A DNA stretch of 64,000 nt, taken from assembly GCA_964057225.1 (NCBI GenBank), contig OZ059897.1, forward strand, positions 3,348,001 to 3,412,000, written 5' to 3'. Position numbers and translations under genes: made by a program. Every line of letters starts with the position of its first letter. The stretch's first letter is position 1. Of this stretch, positions 13,000-28,199 are shown piece by piece. Below the pieces are notes generated by a model. The model worked only from the letters and a program-made list of their open reading frames with translations, did not search any database and was not told the origin of the DNA. Origin of the DNA: Auanema rhodensis. Lineage: Eukaryota > Animalia > Nematoda.

Positions 13000-15000
13000 T
13001 TTCGGGAAAATTTTTGTCAAAATGTTTTTGGAAGCAATGTTGAGTGTACATGGGAACTCAACATACACTAATGCATTATTTTTCAAACGATCATAACTTA
13101 TTTTTGTATAGAGCGTTTCTCAATGTAGTATAGTGCATTCGATGCGGATTTTTAAGCTGCGTCGATCTGTGTTATCGGATTTGAGTTAACTTAAAAATGC
13201 ACCGAGATATCAACTGATATAGGTTCACACTTATATCCTCGATTTTCACCCTGAAGAATTTATTTTTTCGTTGAATAACATTGTCCATCGTCTTCGCCTT
13301 GAAAGAAGGAATCTAAAAACATCTACTTTTTGTGAAATTATTCAGAAATTTTTCGGGAAAATTTTTGTCAAAATGTTTTTGGAAGCAATGTTGAGTGTAC
13401 ATGGGAACTCAACATACACTAATGCATTATTTTTCAAACGATCATAACTTATTTTTGTATAGAGCGTTTCTCAATGTAGTATAGTGCATTCGATGCGGAT
13501 TTTTAAGCTGCGTTGATCTGTGTTATCAGATTTGAGTTAGCTTAAAAATGCACCGAGATATCAACTGATATATGTTCACACTTATATCCTCGATTTTCAC
13601 CCTGAAGAAATGATTTTTTCGTTGAAAAAACATTGTCCATCGTCTTTGCCTTGAAAAAAGGAATCTAAAAACATCTACTTTTTGTGAAATTATTTAGAAA
13701 TTTTTCGGGAAAATTTTTGTCAAAATGTTTTTGGAAGCAATGTTGAGTGTACATGGGAACTCAACATACACTAATGCATTATTTTTCAAACGATCATAAC
13801 TTATTTTTGTATAGAGCGTTTCTCAATGTAGTATAGTGCATTCGATGCGGATTTTTAAGCTGCGTCGATCTGTGTTATCCGATTTGAGCTAGCTTGAAAA
13901 TGTACCGAGATATCAACTGATATATGTTCACACTTATATCCTCGATTTTCACCCTGAAGAAATAATTTTTTCGTTGAAAAAACATTGTCCATCGTCTTTG
14001 CCTTGAAAAAAGGAATCTAAAAACATCTACTTTTTGTGAAATTATTCAGAAAATTTTCGGGAAAATTTTTGTCAAAATGTTTTTGGAAGCAATGTTGAGT
14101 GTACATGGGAACTCAACATACACTAATGCATTATTTTTCAAACGATCATAACTTATTTTTGTATAGAGCGTTTCTCAATGTAGTATAGTGCATTCGATGC
14201 GGATTTTTAAGCTGCGTCGATCTGTGTTATCGGATTTGAGTTAACTTAAAAATGCACCGAGATATCAACTGATATAGGTTCACACTTATATCCTCGATTT
14301 TCACCCTGAAGAATTTATTTTTTCGTTGAATAACATTGTCCATCGTCTTCGCCTTGAAAGAAGGAATCTAAAAACATCTACTTTTTGTGAAATTATTCAG
14401 AAATTTTTCGGGAAAATTTTTGTCAAAATGTTTTTGGAAGCAATGTTGAGTGTACATGGGAACTCAACATACACTAATGCATTATTTTTCAAACGATCAT
14501 AACTTATTTTTGTATAGAGCGTTTCTCAATGTAGTATAGTGCATTCGATGCGGATTTTTAAGCTGCGTTGATCTGTGTTATCAGATTTGAGTTAGCTTAA
14601 AAATGCACCGAGATATCAACTGATATATGTTCACACTTATATCCTCGATTTTCACCCTGAAGAAATGATTTTTTCGTTGAAAAAACATTGTCCATCGTCT
14701 TTGCCTTGAAAAAAGGAATCTAAAAACATCTACTTTTTGTGAAATTATTTAGAAATTTTTCGGGAAAATTTTTGTCAAAATGTTTTTGGAAGCAATGTTG
14801 AGTGTACATGGGAACTCAACATACACTAATGCATTATTTTTCAAACGATCATAACTTATTTTTGTATAGAGCGTTTCTCAATGTAGTATAGTGCATTCGA
14901 TGCGGATTTTTAAGCTGCGTCGATCTGTGTTATCCGATTTGAGCTAGCTTGAAAATGTACCGAGATATCAACTGATATATGTTCACACTTATATCCTCGA
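13000..15000. repeat. Local 3-monomer duplication (period 1055 bp); boundaries approximate
   Basis: tcggat occurs at 13177/14232 and tccgat at 13880/14935, with the same order of monomer types. Confidence 0.7.
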
Positions 15001-15819
15001 TTTTCACCCTGAAGAAATGATTTTTTCGTTGAAAAAACATTGTCCATCGTCTTTGCCTTGAAAAAAGGAATCTAAAAACATCTACTTTTTGTGAAATTAT
15101 TTAGAAATTTTTCGGGAAAATTTTTGTCAAAATGTTTTTGGAAGCAATGTTGAGTGTACATGGGAACTCAACATACACTAATGCATTATTTTTCAAACGA
15201 TCATAACTTATTTTTGTATAGAGCGTTTCTCGATGTAGTATAGTGCATTCGATGCGGATTTTTAAGCTGCGTTGATCTGTGTTATCAGATTTGAGCTAGC
15301 TTAAAAATGCACCGAGATATCAACTGATATATGTTCACACTTATATCCTCGATTTTCACCCTGAAGAAATGATTTTTTGGTTGAAAAACATTGTCCATCG
15401 TCTTCGTCTTGAAAAAAGGAATCTAAAAACATCTACTTTTTGTGAAATTATTTAGAAATTTTTCGGGAAAATTTTTGTCAAAATGTTTTTGGAAGCAATG
15501 TTGGGTGTACATGGGAACTCAACATACACTAATGCATTATTTTTCAAACGATCATAACTAATTTTTGTATAAAGCGTTTCTTAATGTAGTATAGTGCATT
15601 CGATGCGGATTTTTAAGCTGCGTCGATCTGTGTTATCAGATTTGAGTTAGCTTAAAAATGCACCGAGATATCAACTGATATATGTTCACACTTATATCCT
15701 CGATTTTCACCCTGAAGAAATGATTTTTTCGTTGAAAAAACATTGTCCATCGTCTTTGCCTTGAAAAAAGGAATCTAAAAACATCTACTTTTTGTGAAAT
15801 TATTTAGAAATTTTTCGGG

Positions 15820-18800
15820 AAAATTTTTGTCAAAATGTTTTTGGAAGCAATGTTGAGTGTACATGGGAACTCAACATACACTAATGCATTATTTTTCAAA
15901 CGATCATAACTTATTTTTGTATAGAGCGTTTCTCAATGTAGTATAGTGCATTCGATGCGGATTTTTAAGCTGCGTCGATCTGTGTTATCAGATTTGAGTT
16001 AACTTAAAAATGCACCGAGATATCAACTGATATAGGTTCACACTTATATCCTCGATTTTCACCCTGAAGAATTTATTTTTTCGTTGAATAACATTGTCCA
16101 TCGTCTTCGCCTTGAAAGAAGGAATCTAAAAACATCTACTTTTTGTGAAATTATTCAGAAATTTTTCGGGAAAATTTTTGTCAAAATGTTTTTGGAAGCA
16201 ATGTTGAGTGTACATGGGAACTCAACATACACTAATGCATTATTTTTCAAACGATCATAACTCATTTTTGTATAGAGCGTTTCTCAATGTAGTATAGTGC
16301 ATTCGATGCGGATTTTCAAGCTGCGTTGATCTGTGTTATCAGATTTGAGTTAGCTTAAAAATGCACCGAGATATCAACTGATATATGTTCACACTTATAT
16401 CCTCGATTTTCACCCTGAAGAAATGATTTTTTCGTTGAAAAAACATTGTCCATCGTCTTTGCCTTGAAAAAAGGAATCTAAAAACATCTACTCTTTGTGA
16501 AATTATTTAGAAATTTTTCGGGAAAATTTTTGTCAAAATGTTTTTGGAAGCAATGTTGAGTGTACATGGGAACTCAACATACACTAATGCATTATTTTTC
16601 AAACGATAATAACTAATTTTTGTATAGAGCGTTTCTTAATGTAGTAAAGTGCATTCGATGCGGATTTTCAAGCTGCGTTGATCTGTGTTATCAGATTTGA
16701 GTTAGCTTAAAAATGCACCGAGATATCAACTGATATATGTTCACACTTATATCCTCGATTTTCACCCTGAAGAAATGATTTTTTCGTTGAAAAAACATTG
16801 TCCATCGTCTTTGCCTTGAAAAAAGGAATCTAAAAACATCTACTTTTTGTGAAATTATTTAGAAATTTTTCGGGAAAATTTTTGTCAAAATGTTTTTGGA
16901 AGCAATGTTGAGTGTACATGGGAACTCAACATACACTAATGCATTATTTTTCAAACGATCATAACTTATTTTTGTATAGAGCGTTTCTCGATGTAGTATA
17001 GTGCATTCGATGCGGATTTTTAAGCTGCGTTGATCTGTGTTATCAGATTTGAGCTAGCTTAAAAATGCACCGAGATATCAACTGATATATGTTCACACTT
17101 ATATCCTCGATTTTCACCCTGAAGAAATGATTTTTTGGTTGAAAAACATTGTCCATCGTCTTCGTCTTGAAAAAAGGAATCTAAAAACATCTACTTTTTG
17201 TGAAATTATTTAGAAATTTTTCGGGAAAATTTTTGTCAAAATGTTTTTGGAAGCAATGTTGGGTGTACATGGGAACTCAACATACACTAATGCATTATTT
17301 TTCAAACGATCATAACTAATTTTTGTATAAAGCGTTTCTTAATGTAGTATAGTGCATTCGATGCGGATTTTTAAGCTGCGTCGATCTGTGTTATCAGATT
17401 TGAGTTAGCTTAAAAATGCACCGAGATATCAACTGATATATGTTCACACTTATATCCTCGATTTTCACCCTGAAGAAATGATTTTTTCGTTGAAAAAACA
17501 TTGTCCATCGTCTTTGCCTTGAAAAAAGGAATCTAAAAACATCTACTTTTTGTGAAATTATTTAGAAATTTTTCGGGAAAATTTTTGTCAAAATGTTTTT
17601 GGAAGCAATGTTGAGTGTACATGGGAACTCAACATACACTAATGCATTATTTTTCAAACGATCATAACTTATTTTTGTATAGAGCGTTTCTCAATGTAGT
17701 ATAGTGCATTCGATGCGGATTTTTAAGCTGCGTCGATCTGTGTTATCCGATTTGAGCTAGCTTGAAAATGTACCGAGATATCAACTGATATATGTTCACA
17801 CTTATATCCTCGATTTTCACCCTGAAGAATTTATTTTTTCGTTGAATAACATTGTCCATCGTCTTCGCCTTGAAAGAAGGAATCTAAAAACATCTACTTT
17901 TTGTGAAATTATTCAGAAATTTTTCGGGAAAATTTTTGTCAAAATGTTTTTGGAAGCAATGTTGAGTGTACATGGGAACTCAACATACACTAATGCATTA
18001 TTTTTCAAACGATCATAACTTATTTTTGTAAATAGCGTTTCTCGATGTAGTATAGTGCATTCGATGCGGATTTTTAAGCTGCGTTGATCTGTGTTATCAG
18101 ATTTGAGTTAACTTAAAAATGCACCGAGATATCAACTGATATAGGTTCACACTTATATCCTCGATTTTCACCCTGAAGAAATGATTTTTTCGTTGAAAAA
18201 CATTGTCCATCGTCTTCGTCATGAAAAAAGGAATCTGAAAACATCTACTTTTTGTGAAATTATTCAGAAAATTTTCGGGAAAATTTTTGTCAAAATGTTT
18301 TTGGAAGCAATGTTGAGTGTACATGGGAACTCAACATACACTAATGCATTATTTTTCAAACGATCATAACTAATTTTTGTAAATAGCGTTTCTCAAGGTA
18401 GTATAGTGCATTCGATGCGGATTTTTAAGCTGCGTCGATCTGTGTTATCAGATTTGAGCTAGCTTAAAAATGCACCGAGATATCAACTGATATATGTTCA
18501 CACTTATATCCTCGATTTTCACCCTGAAGAAATGATTTTTTCGTTGAAAAAACATTGTCCATCGTCTTTGCCTTGAAAAAAGGAATCTAAAAACATCTAC
18601 TTTTTGTGAAATTATTTAGAAATTTTTCGGGAAAATTTTTGTCAAAATGTTTTTGGAAGCAATGTTGAGTGTACATGGGAACTCAACATACACTAATGCA
18701 TTATTTTTCAAACGATAATAACTAATTTTTGTATAGAGCGTTTCTTAATGTAGTAAAGTGCATTCGATGCGGATTTTTAAGCTGCGTCGATCTGTGTTAT

Positions 18801-21800
18801 CAGATTTGAGTTAGCTTAAAAATGCACCGAGATATCAACTGATATATGTTCACACTTATATCCTCGATTTTCACCCTGAAGAAATGATTTTTTCGTTGAA
18901 AAACATTGTCCATCGTCTTCGTCATGAAAAAAGGAATCTAAAAACATATACTTTTTGTGAAATTATTCAGAAAATTTTCGGGAAAATTTTTGTCAAAATG
19001 TTTTTGGAAGCAATGTTGAGTGTACATGGGAACTCAACATACACTAATGCATTATTTTTCAAACGATCATAACTTATTTTTGTATAGAGCGTTTCTCAAT
19101 GTAGTATAGTGCATTCGATGCGGATTTTTAAGCTGCGTCGATCTGTGTTATCAGATTTGAGTTAACTTAAAAATGCACCGAGATATCAACTGATATAGGT
19201 TCACACTTATATCCTCGATTTTCACCCTGAAGAATTTATTTTTTCGTTGAATAACATTGTCCATCGTCTTCGCCTTGAAAGAAGGAATCTAAAAACATCT
19301 ACTTTTTGTGAAATTATTCAGAAATTTTTCGGGAAAATTTTTGTCAAAATGTTTTTGGAAGCAATGTTGAGTGTACATGGGAACTCAACATACACTAATG
19401 CATTATTTTTCAAACGATCATAACTTATTTTTGTATAGAGCGTTTCTCAATGTAGTATAGTGCATTCGATGCGGATTTTCAAGCTGCGTTGATCTGTGTT
19501 ATCAGATTTGAGTTAGCTTAAAAATGCACCGAGATATCAACTGATATATGTTCACACTTATATCCTCGATTTTCACCCTGAAGAAATGATTTTTTTGTTG
19601 AAAAAACATTGTCCATCGTCTTTGCCTTGAAAAAAGGAATCTAAAAACATCTACTCTTTGTGAAATTATTTAGAAATTTTTCGGGAAAATTTTTGTCAAA
19701 ATGTTTTTGGAAGCAATGTTGAGTGTACATGGGAACTCAACATACACTAATGCATTATTTTTCAAACGATAATAACTAATTTTTGTATAGAGCGTTTCTT
19801 AATGTAGTAAAGTGCATTCGATGCGGATTTTCAAGCTGCGTTGATCTGTGTTATCAGATTTGAGTTAGCTTAAAAATGCACCGAGATATCAACTGATATA
19901 TGTTCACACTTATATCCTCGATTTTCACCCTGAAGAAATGATTTTTTCGTTGAAAAAACATTGTCCATCGTCTTTGCCTTGAAAAAAGGAATCTAAAAAC
20001 ATCTACTTTTTGTGAAATTATTTAGAAATTTTTCGGGAAAATTTTTGTCAAAATGTTTTTGGAAGCAATGTTGAGTGTACATGGGAACTCAACATACACT
20101 AATGCATTATTTTTCAAACGATCATAACTTATTTTTGTATAGAGCGTTTCTCGATGTAGTATAGTGCATTCGATGCGGATTTTTAAGCTGCGTTGATCTG
20201 TGTTATCAGATTTGAGCTAGCTTAAAAATGCACCGAGATATCAACTGATATATGTTCACACTTATATCCTCGATTTTCACCCTGAAGAAATGATTTTTTG
20301 GTTGAAAAACATTGTCCATCGTCTTCGTCTTGAAAAAAGGAATCTAAAAACATCTACTTTTTGTGAAATTATTTAGAAATTTTTCGGGAAAATTTTTGTC
20401 AAAATGTTTTTGGAAGCAATGTTGGGTGTACATGGGAACTCAACATACACTAATGCATTATTTTTCAAACGATCATAACTAATTTTTGTATAAAGCGTTT
20501 CTTAATGTAGTATAGTGCATTCGATGCGGATTTTTAAGCTGCGTCGATCTGTGTTATCAGATTTGAGTTAGCTTAAAAATGCACCGAGATATCAACTGAT
20601 ATATGTTCACACTTATATCCTCGATTTTCACCCTGAAGAAATGATTTTTTCGTTGAAAAAACATTGTCCATCGTCTTTGCCTTGAAAAAAGGAATCTAAA
20701 AACATCTACTTTTTGTGAAATTATTTAGAAATTTTTCGGGAAAATTTTTGTCAAAATGTTTTTGGAAGCAATGTTGAGTGTACATGGGAACTCAACATAC
20801 ACTAATGCATTATTTTTCAAACGATCATAACTTATTTTTGTATAGAGCGTTTCTCAATGTAGTATAGTGCATTCGATGCGGATTTTTAAGCTGCGTCGAT
20901 CTGTGTTATCCGATTTGAGCTAGCTTGAAAATGTACCGAGATATCAACTGATATATGTTCACACTTATATCCTCGATTTTCACCCTGAAGAATTTATTTT
21001 TTCGTTGAATAACATTGTCCATCGTCTTCGCCTTGAAAGAAGGAATCTAAAAACATCTACTTTTTGTGAAATTATTCAGAAATTTTTCGGGAAAATTTTT
21101 GTCAAAATGTTTTTGGAAGCAATGTTGAGTGTACATGGGAACTCAACATACACTAATGCATTATTTTTCAAACGATCATAACTTATTTTTGTAAATAGCG
21201 TTTCTCGATGTAGTATAGTGCATTCGATGCGGATTTTTAAGCTGCGTTGATCTGTGTTATCAGATTTGAGTTAACTTAAAAATGCACCGAGATATCAACT
21301 GATATAGGTTCACACTTATATCCTCGATTTTCACCCTGAAGAAATGATTTTTTCGTTGAAAAACATTGTCCATCGTCTTCGTCATGAAAAAAGGAATCTG
21401 AAAACATCTACTTTTTGTGAAATTATTCAGAAAATTTTCGGGAAAATTTTTGTCAAAATGTTTTTGGAAGCAATGTTGAGTGTACATGGGAACTCAACAT
21501 ACACTAATGCATTATTTTTCAAACGATCATAACTAATTTTTGTAAATAGCGTTTCTCAAGGTAGTATAGTGCATTCGATGCGGATTTTTAAGCTGCGTCG
21601 ATCTGTGTTATCAGATTTGAGCTAGCTTAAAAATGCACCGAGATATCAACTGATATATGTTCACACTTATATCCTCGATTTTCACCCTGAAGAAATGATT
21701 TTTTCGTTGAAAAAACATTGTCCATCGTCTTTGCCTTGAAAAAAGGAATCTAAAAACATCTACTTTTTGTGAAATTATTTAGAAATTTTTCGGGAAAATT

Positions 21801-22990
21801 TTTGTCAAAATGTTTTTGGAAGCAATGTTGAGTGTACATGGGAACTCAACATACACTAATGCATTATTTTTCAAACGATAATAACTAATTTTTGTATAGA
21901 GCGTTTCTTAATGTAGTAAAGTGCATTCGATGCGGATTTTTAAGCTGCGTCGATCTGTGTTATCAGATTTGAGTTAGCTTAAAAATGCACCGAGATATCA
22001 ACTGATATATGTTCACACTTATATCCTCGATTTTCACCCTGAAGAAATGATTTTTTCGTTGAAAAACATTGTCCATCGTCTTCGTCATGAAAAAAGGAAT
22101 CTAAAAACATATACTTTTTGTGAAATTATTCAGAAAATTTTCGGGAAAATTTTTGTCAAAATGTTTTTGGAAGCAATGTTGAGTGTACATGGGAACTCAA
22201 CATACACTAATGCATTATTTTTCAAACGATCATAACTTATTTTTGTATAGAGCGTTTCTCAATGTAGTATAGTGCATTCGATGCGGATTTTTAAGCTGCG
22301 TCGATCTGTGTTATCAGATTTGAGTTAACTTAAAAATGCACCGAGATATCAACTGATATAGGTTCACACTTATATCCTCGATTTTCACCCTGAAGAATTT
22401 ATTTTTTCGTTGAATAACATTGTCCATCGTCTTCGCCTTGAAAGAAGGAATCTAAAAACATCTACTTTTTGTGAAATTATTCAGAAATTTTTCGGGAAAA
22501 TTTTTGTCAAAATGTTTTTGGAAGCAATGTTGAGTGTACATGGGAACTCAACATACACTAATGCATTATTTTTCAAACGATCATAACTTATTTTTGTATA
22601 GAGCGTTTCTCAATGTAGTATAGTGCATTCGATGCGGATTTTCAAGCTGCGTTGATCTGTGTTATCAGATTTGAGTTAGCTTAAAAATGCACCGAGATAT
22701 CAACTGATATATGTTCACACTTATATCCTCGATTTTCACCCTGAAGAAATGATTTTTTCGTTGAAAAAACATTGTCCATCGTCTTTGCCTTGAAAAAAGG
22801 AATCTAAAAACATCTACTCTTTGTGAAATTATTTAGAAATTTTTCGGGAAAATTTTTGTCAAAATGTTTTTGGAAGCAATGTTGAGTGTACATGGGAACT
22901 CAACATACACTAATGCATTATTTTTCAAACGATAATAACTAATTTTTGTATAGAGCGTTTCTTAATGTAGTAAAGTGCATTCGATGCGGA
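15820..22990. repeat. 9-monomer HOR-like unit (period 3163 bp), about 2.2 copies
   Basis: Rare SNPs recur at 3163-bp spacing: 16317/19480/22643 (ttttcaag), 16493/19656/22819 (ctactctt), 16669/19832, and 18237/21400 (aatctgaa). Confidence 0.9.
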
Positions 22991-25900
22991 TTTTTAAGCT
23001 GCGTCGATCTGTGTTATCAGATTTGAGTTAGCTTAAAAATGCACCGAGATATCAACTGATATATGTTCACACTTATATCCTCGATTTTCACCCTGAAGAA
23101 ATGATTTTTTCGTTGAAAAAACATTGTCCATCGTCTTTGCCTTGAAAAAAGGAATCTAAAAACATCTACTTTTTGTGAAATTATTTAGAAATTTTTCGGG
23201 AAAATTTTTGTCAAAATGTTTTTGGAAGCAATGTTGAGTGTACATGGGAACTCAACATACACTAATGCATTATTTTTCAAACGATAATAACTAATTTTTG
23301 TATAGAGCGTTTCTTAATGTAGTAAAGTGCATTCGATGCGGATTTTTAAGCTGCGTCGATCTGTGTTATCAGATTTGAGTTAGCTTAAAAATGCACCGAG
23401 ATATCAACTGATATAGGTTCACACTTATATCCTCGATTTTCACCCTGAAGAATTTATTTTTTCGTTGAATAACATTGTCCATCGTCTTCGCCTTGAAAGA
23501 AGGAATCTAAAAACATCTACTTTTTGTGAAATTATTCAGAAATTTTTCGGGAAAATTTTTGTCAAAATGTTTTTGGAAGCAATGTTGAGTGTACATGGGA
23601 ACTCAACATACACTAATGCATTATTTTTCAAACGATCATAACTTATTTTTGTATAGAGCGTTTCTCAATGTAGTATAGTGCATTCGATGCGGATTTTTAA
23701 GCTGCGTCGATCTGTGTTATCAGATTTGAGTTAACTTAAAAATGCACCGAGATATCAACTGATATAGGTTCACACTTATATCCTCGATTTTCACCCTGAA
23801 GAAATGATTTTTTCGTTGAAAAACATTGTCCATCGTTTTCGTCATGAAAAAAGGAATCTAAAAACATATACTTTTTGTGAAATTATTCAGAAAATTTTCG
23901 GGAAAATTTTTGTCAAAATGTTTTTGGAAGCAATGTTGAGTGTACATGGGAACTCAACATACACTAATGCATTATTTTTCAAACGATCATAACTTATTTT
24001 TGTATAGAGCGTTTCTCAATGTAGTATAGTGCATTCGATGCGGATTTTTAAGCTGCGTCGATCTGTGTTATCAGATTTGAGTTAACTTAAAAATGCACCG
24101 AGATATCAACTGATATAGGTTCACACTTATATCCTCGATTTTCACCCTGAAGAATTTATTTTTTCGTTGAATAACATTGTCCATCGTCTTCGCCTTGAAA
24201 GAAGGAATCTAAAAACATCTACTTTTTGTGAAATTATTCAGAAATTTTTCGGGAAAATTTTTGTCAAAATGTTTTTGGAAGCAATGTTGAGTGTACATGG
24301 GAACTCAACATACACTAATGCATTATTTTTCAAACGATCATAACTTATTTTTGTATAGAGCGTTTCTCAATGTAGTATAGTGCATTCGATGCGGATTTTT
24401 AAGCTGCGTCGATCTGTGTTATCAGATTTGAGTTAACTTAAAAATGCACCGAGATATCAACTGATATAGGTTCACACTTATATCCTCGATTTTCACCCTG
24501 AAGAATTTATTTTTTCGTTGAATAACATTGTCCATCGTCTTTGCCTTGAAAGAAGGAATCTAAAAACATCTACTTTTTGTGAAATTATTCAGAAATTTTT
24601 CGGGAAAATTTTTGTCAAAATGTTTTTGGAAGCAATGTTGAGTGTACATGGGAACTCAACATACACTAATGCATTATTTTTCAAACGATCATAACTTATT
24701 TTTGTATAGAGCGTTTCTCAATGTAGTATAGTGCATTCGATGCGGATTTTTAAGCTGCGTTGATCTGTGTTATCAGATTTGAGTTAGCTTAAAAATGCAC
24801 CGAGATATCAACTGATATATGTTCACACTTATATCCTCGATTTTCACCCTGAAGAAATGATTTTTTCGTTGAAAAAACATTGTCCATCGTCTTTGCCTTG
24901 AAAAAAGGAATCTAAAAACATCTACTTTTTGTGAAATTATTTAGAAATTTTTCGGGAAAATTTTTGTCAAAATGTTTTTGGAAGCAATGTTGAGTGTACA
25001 TGGGAACTCAACATACACTAATGCATTATTTTTCAAACGATCATAACTTATTTTTGTATAGAGCGTTTCTCAATGTAGTATAGTGCATTCGATGCGGATT
25101 TTTAAGCTGCGTCGATCTGTGTTATCAGATTTGAGTTAACTTAAAAATGCACCGAGATATCAACTGATATAGGTTCACACTTATATCCTCGATTTTCACC
25201 CTGAAGAAATGATTTTTTCGTTGAATAACATTGTCCATCGTCTTCGCCTTGAAAGAAGGAATCTAAAAACATCTACTTTTTGTGAAATTATTCAGAAATT
25301 TTTCGGGAAAATTTTTGTCAAAATGTTTTTGGAAGCAATGTTGAGTGTACATGGGAACTCAACATACACTAATGCATTATTTTTCAAACGATCATAACTT
25401 ATTTTTGTATAGAGCGTTTCTCAATGTAGTATAGTGCATTCGATGCGGATTTTTAAGCTGCGTCGATCTGTGTTATCGGATTTGAGTTAACTTAAAAATG
25501 CACCGAGATATCAACTGATATAGGTTCACACTTATATCCTCGATTTTCACCCTGAAGAATTTATTTTTTCGTTGAATAACATTGTCCATCGTCTTCGCCT
25601 TGAAAGAAGGAATCTAAAAACATCTACTTTTTGTGAAATTATTCAGAAATTTTTCGGGAAAATTTTTGTCAAAATGTTTTTGGAAGCAATGTTGAGTGTA
25701 CATGGGAACTCAACATACACTAATGCATTATTTTTCAAACGATCATAACTTATTTTTGTATAGAGCGTTTCTCAATGTAGTATAGTGCATTCGATGCGGA
25801 TTTTTAAGCTGCGTTGATCTGTGTTATCAGATTTGAGTTAGCTTAAAAATGCACCGAGATATCAACTGATATATGTTCACACTTATATCCTCGATTTTCA

Positions 25901-28199
25901 CCCTGAAGAAATGATTTTTTCGTTGAAAAAACATTGTCCATCGTCTTTGCCTTGAAAAAAGGAATCTAAAAACATCTACTTTTTGTGAAATTATTTAGAA
26001 ATTTTTCGGGAAAATTTTTGTCAAAATGTTTTTGGAAGCAATGTTGAGTGTACATGGGAACTCAACATACACTAATGCATTATTTTTCAAACGATCATAA
26101 CTTATTTTTGTATAGAGCGTTTCTCAATGTAGTATAGTGCATTCGATGCGGATTTTTAAGCTGCGTCGATCTGTGTTATCGGATTTGAGTTAACTTAAAA
26201 ATGCACCGAGATATCAACTGATATAGGTTCACACTTATATCCTCGATTTTCACCCTGAAGAATTTATTTTTTCGTTGAATAACATTGTCCATCGTCTTTG
26301 CCTTGAAAGAAGGAATCTAAAAACATCTACTTTTTGTGAAATTATTCAGAAATTTTTCGGGAAAATTTTTGTCAAAATGTTTTTGGAAGCAATGTTGAGT
26401 GTACATGGGAACTCAACATACACTAATGCATTATTTTTCAAACGATCATAACTTATTTTTGTATAGAGCGTTTCTCAATGTAGTATAGTGCATTCGATGC
26501 GGATTTTTAAGCTGCGTTGATCTGTGTTATCAGATTTGAGTTAGCTTAAAAATGCACCGAGATATCAACTGATATATGTTCACACTTATATCCTCGATTT
26601 TCACCCTGAAGAAATGATTTTTTCGTTGAAAAAACATTGTCCATCGTCTTTGCCTTGAAAAAAGGAATCTAAAAACATCTACTTTTTGTGAAATTATTTA
26701 GAAATTTTTCGGGAAAATTTTTGTCAAAATGTTTTTGGAAGCAATGTTGAGTGTACATGGGAACTCAACATACACTAATGCATTATTTTTCAAACGATAA
26801 TAACTAATTTTTGTATAGAGCGTTTCTTAATGTAGTAAAGTGCATTCGATGCGGATTTTTAAGCTGCGTCGATCTGTGTTATCAGATTTGAGTTAGCTTA
26901 AAAATGCACCGAGATATCAACTGATATATGTTCACACTTATATCCTCGATTTTCACCCTGAAGAAATGATTTTTTCGTTGAAAAAACATTGTCCATCGTC
27001 TTTGCCTTGAAAAAAGGAATCTAAAAACATCTACTTTTTGTGAAATTATTTAGAAATTTTTCGGGAAAATTTTTGTCAAAATGTTTTTGGAAGCAATGTT
27101 GAGTGTACATGGGAACTCAACATACACTAATGCATTATTTTTCAAACGATCATAACTTATTTTTGTATAGAGCGTTTCTCAATGTAGTATAGTGCATTCG
27201 ATGCGGATTTTTAAGCTGCGTCGATCTGTGTTATCAGATTTGAGTTAACTTAAAAATGCACCGAGATATCAACTGATATAGGTTCACACTTATATCCTCG
27301 ATTTTCACCCTGAAGAAATGATTTTTTCGTTGAATAACATTGTCCATCGTCTTCGCCTTGAAAGAAGGAATCTAAAAACATCTACTTTTTGTGAAATTAT
27401 TCAGAAATTTTTCGGGAAAATTTTTGTCAAAATGTTTTTGGAAGCAATGTTGAGTGTACATGGGAACTCAACATACACTAATGCATTATTTTTCAAACGA
27501 TCATAACTTATTTTTGTATAGAGCGTTTCTCAATGTAGTATAGTGCATTCGATGCGGATTTTTAAGCTGCGTCGATCTGTGTTATCGGATTTGAGTTAAC
27601 TTAAAAATGCACCGAGATATCAACTGATATAGGTTCACACTTATATCCTCGATTTTCACCCTGAAGAATTTATTTTTTCGTTGAATAACATTGTCCATCG
27701 TCTTCGCCTTGAAAGAAGGAATCTAAAAACATCTACTTTTTGTGAAATTATTCAGAAATTTTTCGGGAAAATTTTTGTCAAAATGTTTTTGGAAGCAATG
27801 TTGAGTGTACATGGGAACTCAACATACACTAATGCATTATTTTTCAAACGATCATAACTTATTTTTGTATAGAGCGTTTCTCAATGTAGTATAGTGCATT
27901 CGATGCGGATTTTTAAGCTGCGTTGATCTGTGTTATCAGATTTGAGTTAGCTTAAAAATGCACCGAGATATCAACTGATATATGTTCACACTTATATCCT
28001 CGATTTTCACCCTGAAGAAATGATTTTTTCGTTGAAAAAACATTGTCCATCGTCTTTGCCTTGAAAAAAGGAATCTAAAAACATCTACTTTTTGTGAAAT
28101 TATTTAGAAATTTTTCGGGAAAATTTTTGTCAAAATGTTTTTGGAAGCAATGTTGAGTGTACATGGGAACTCAACATACACTAATGCATTATTTTTCAA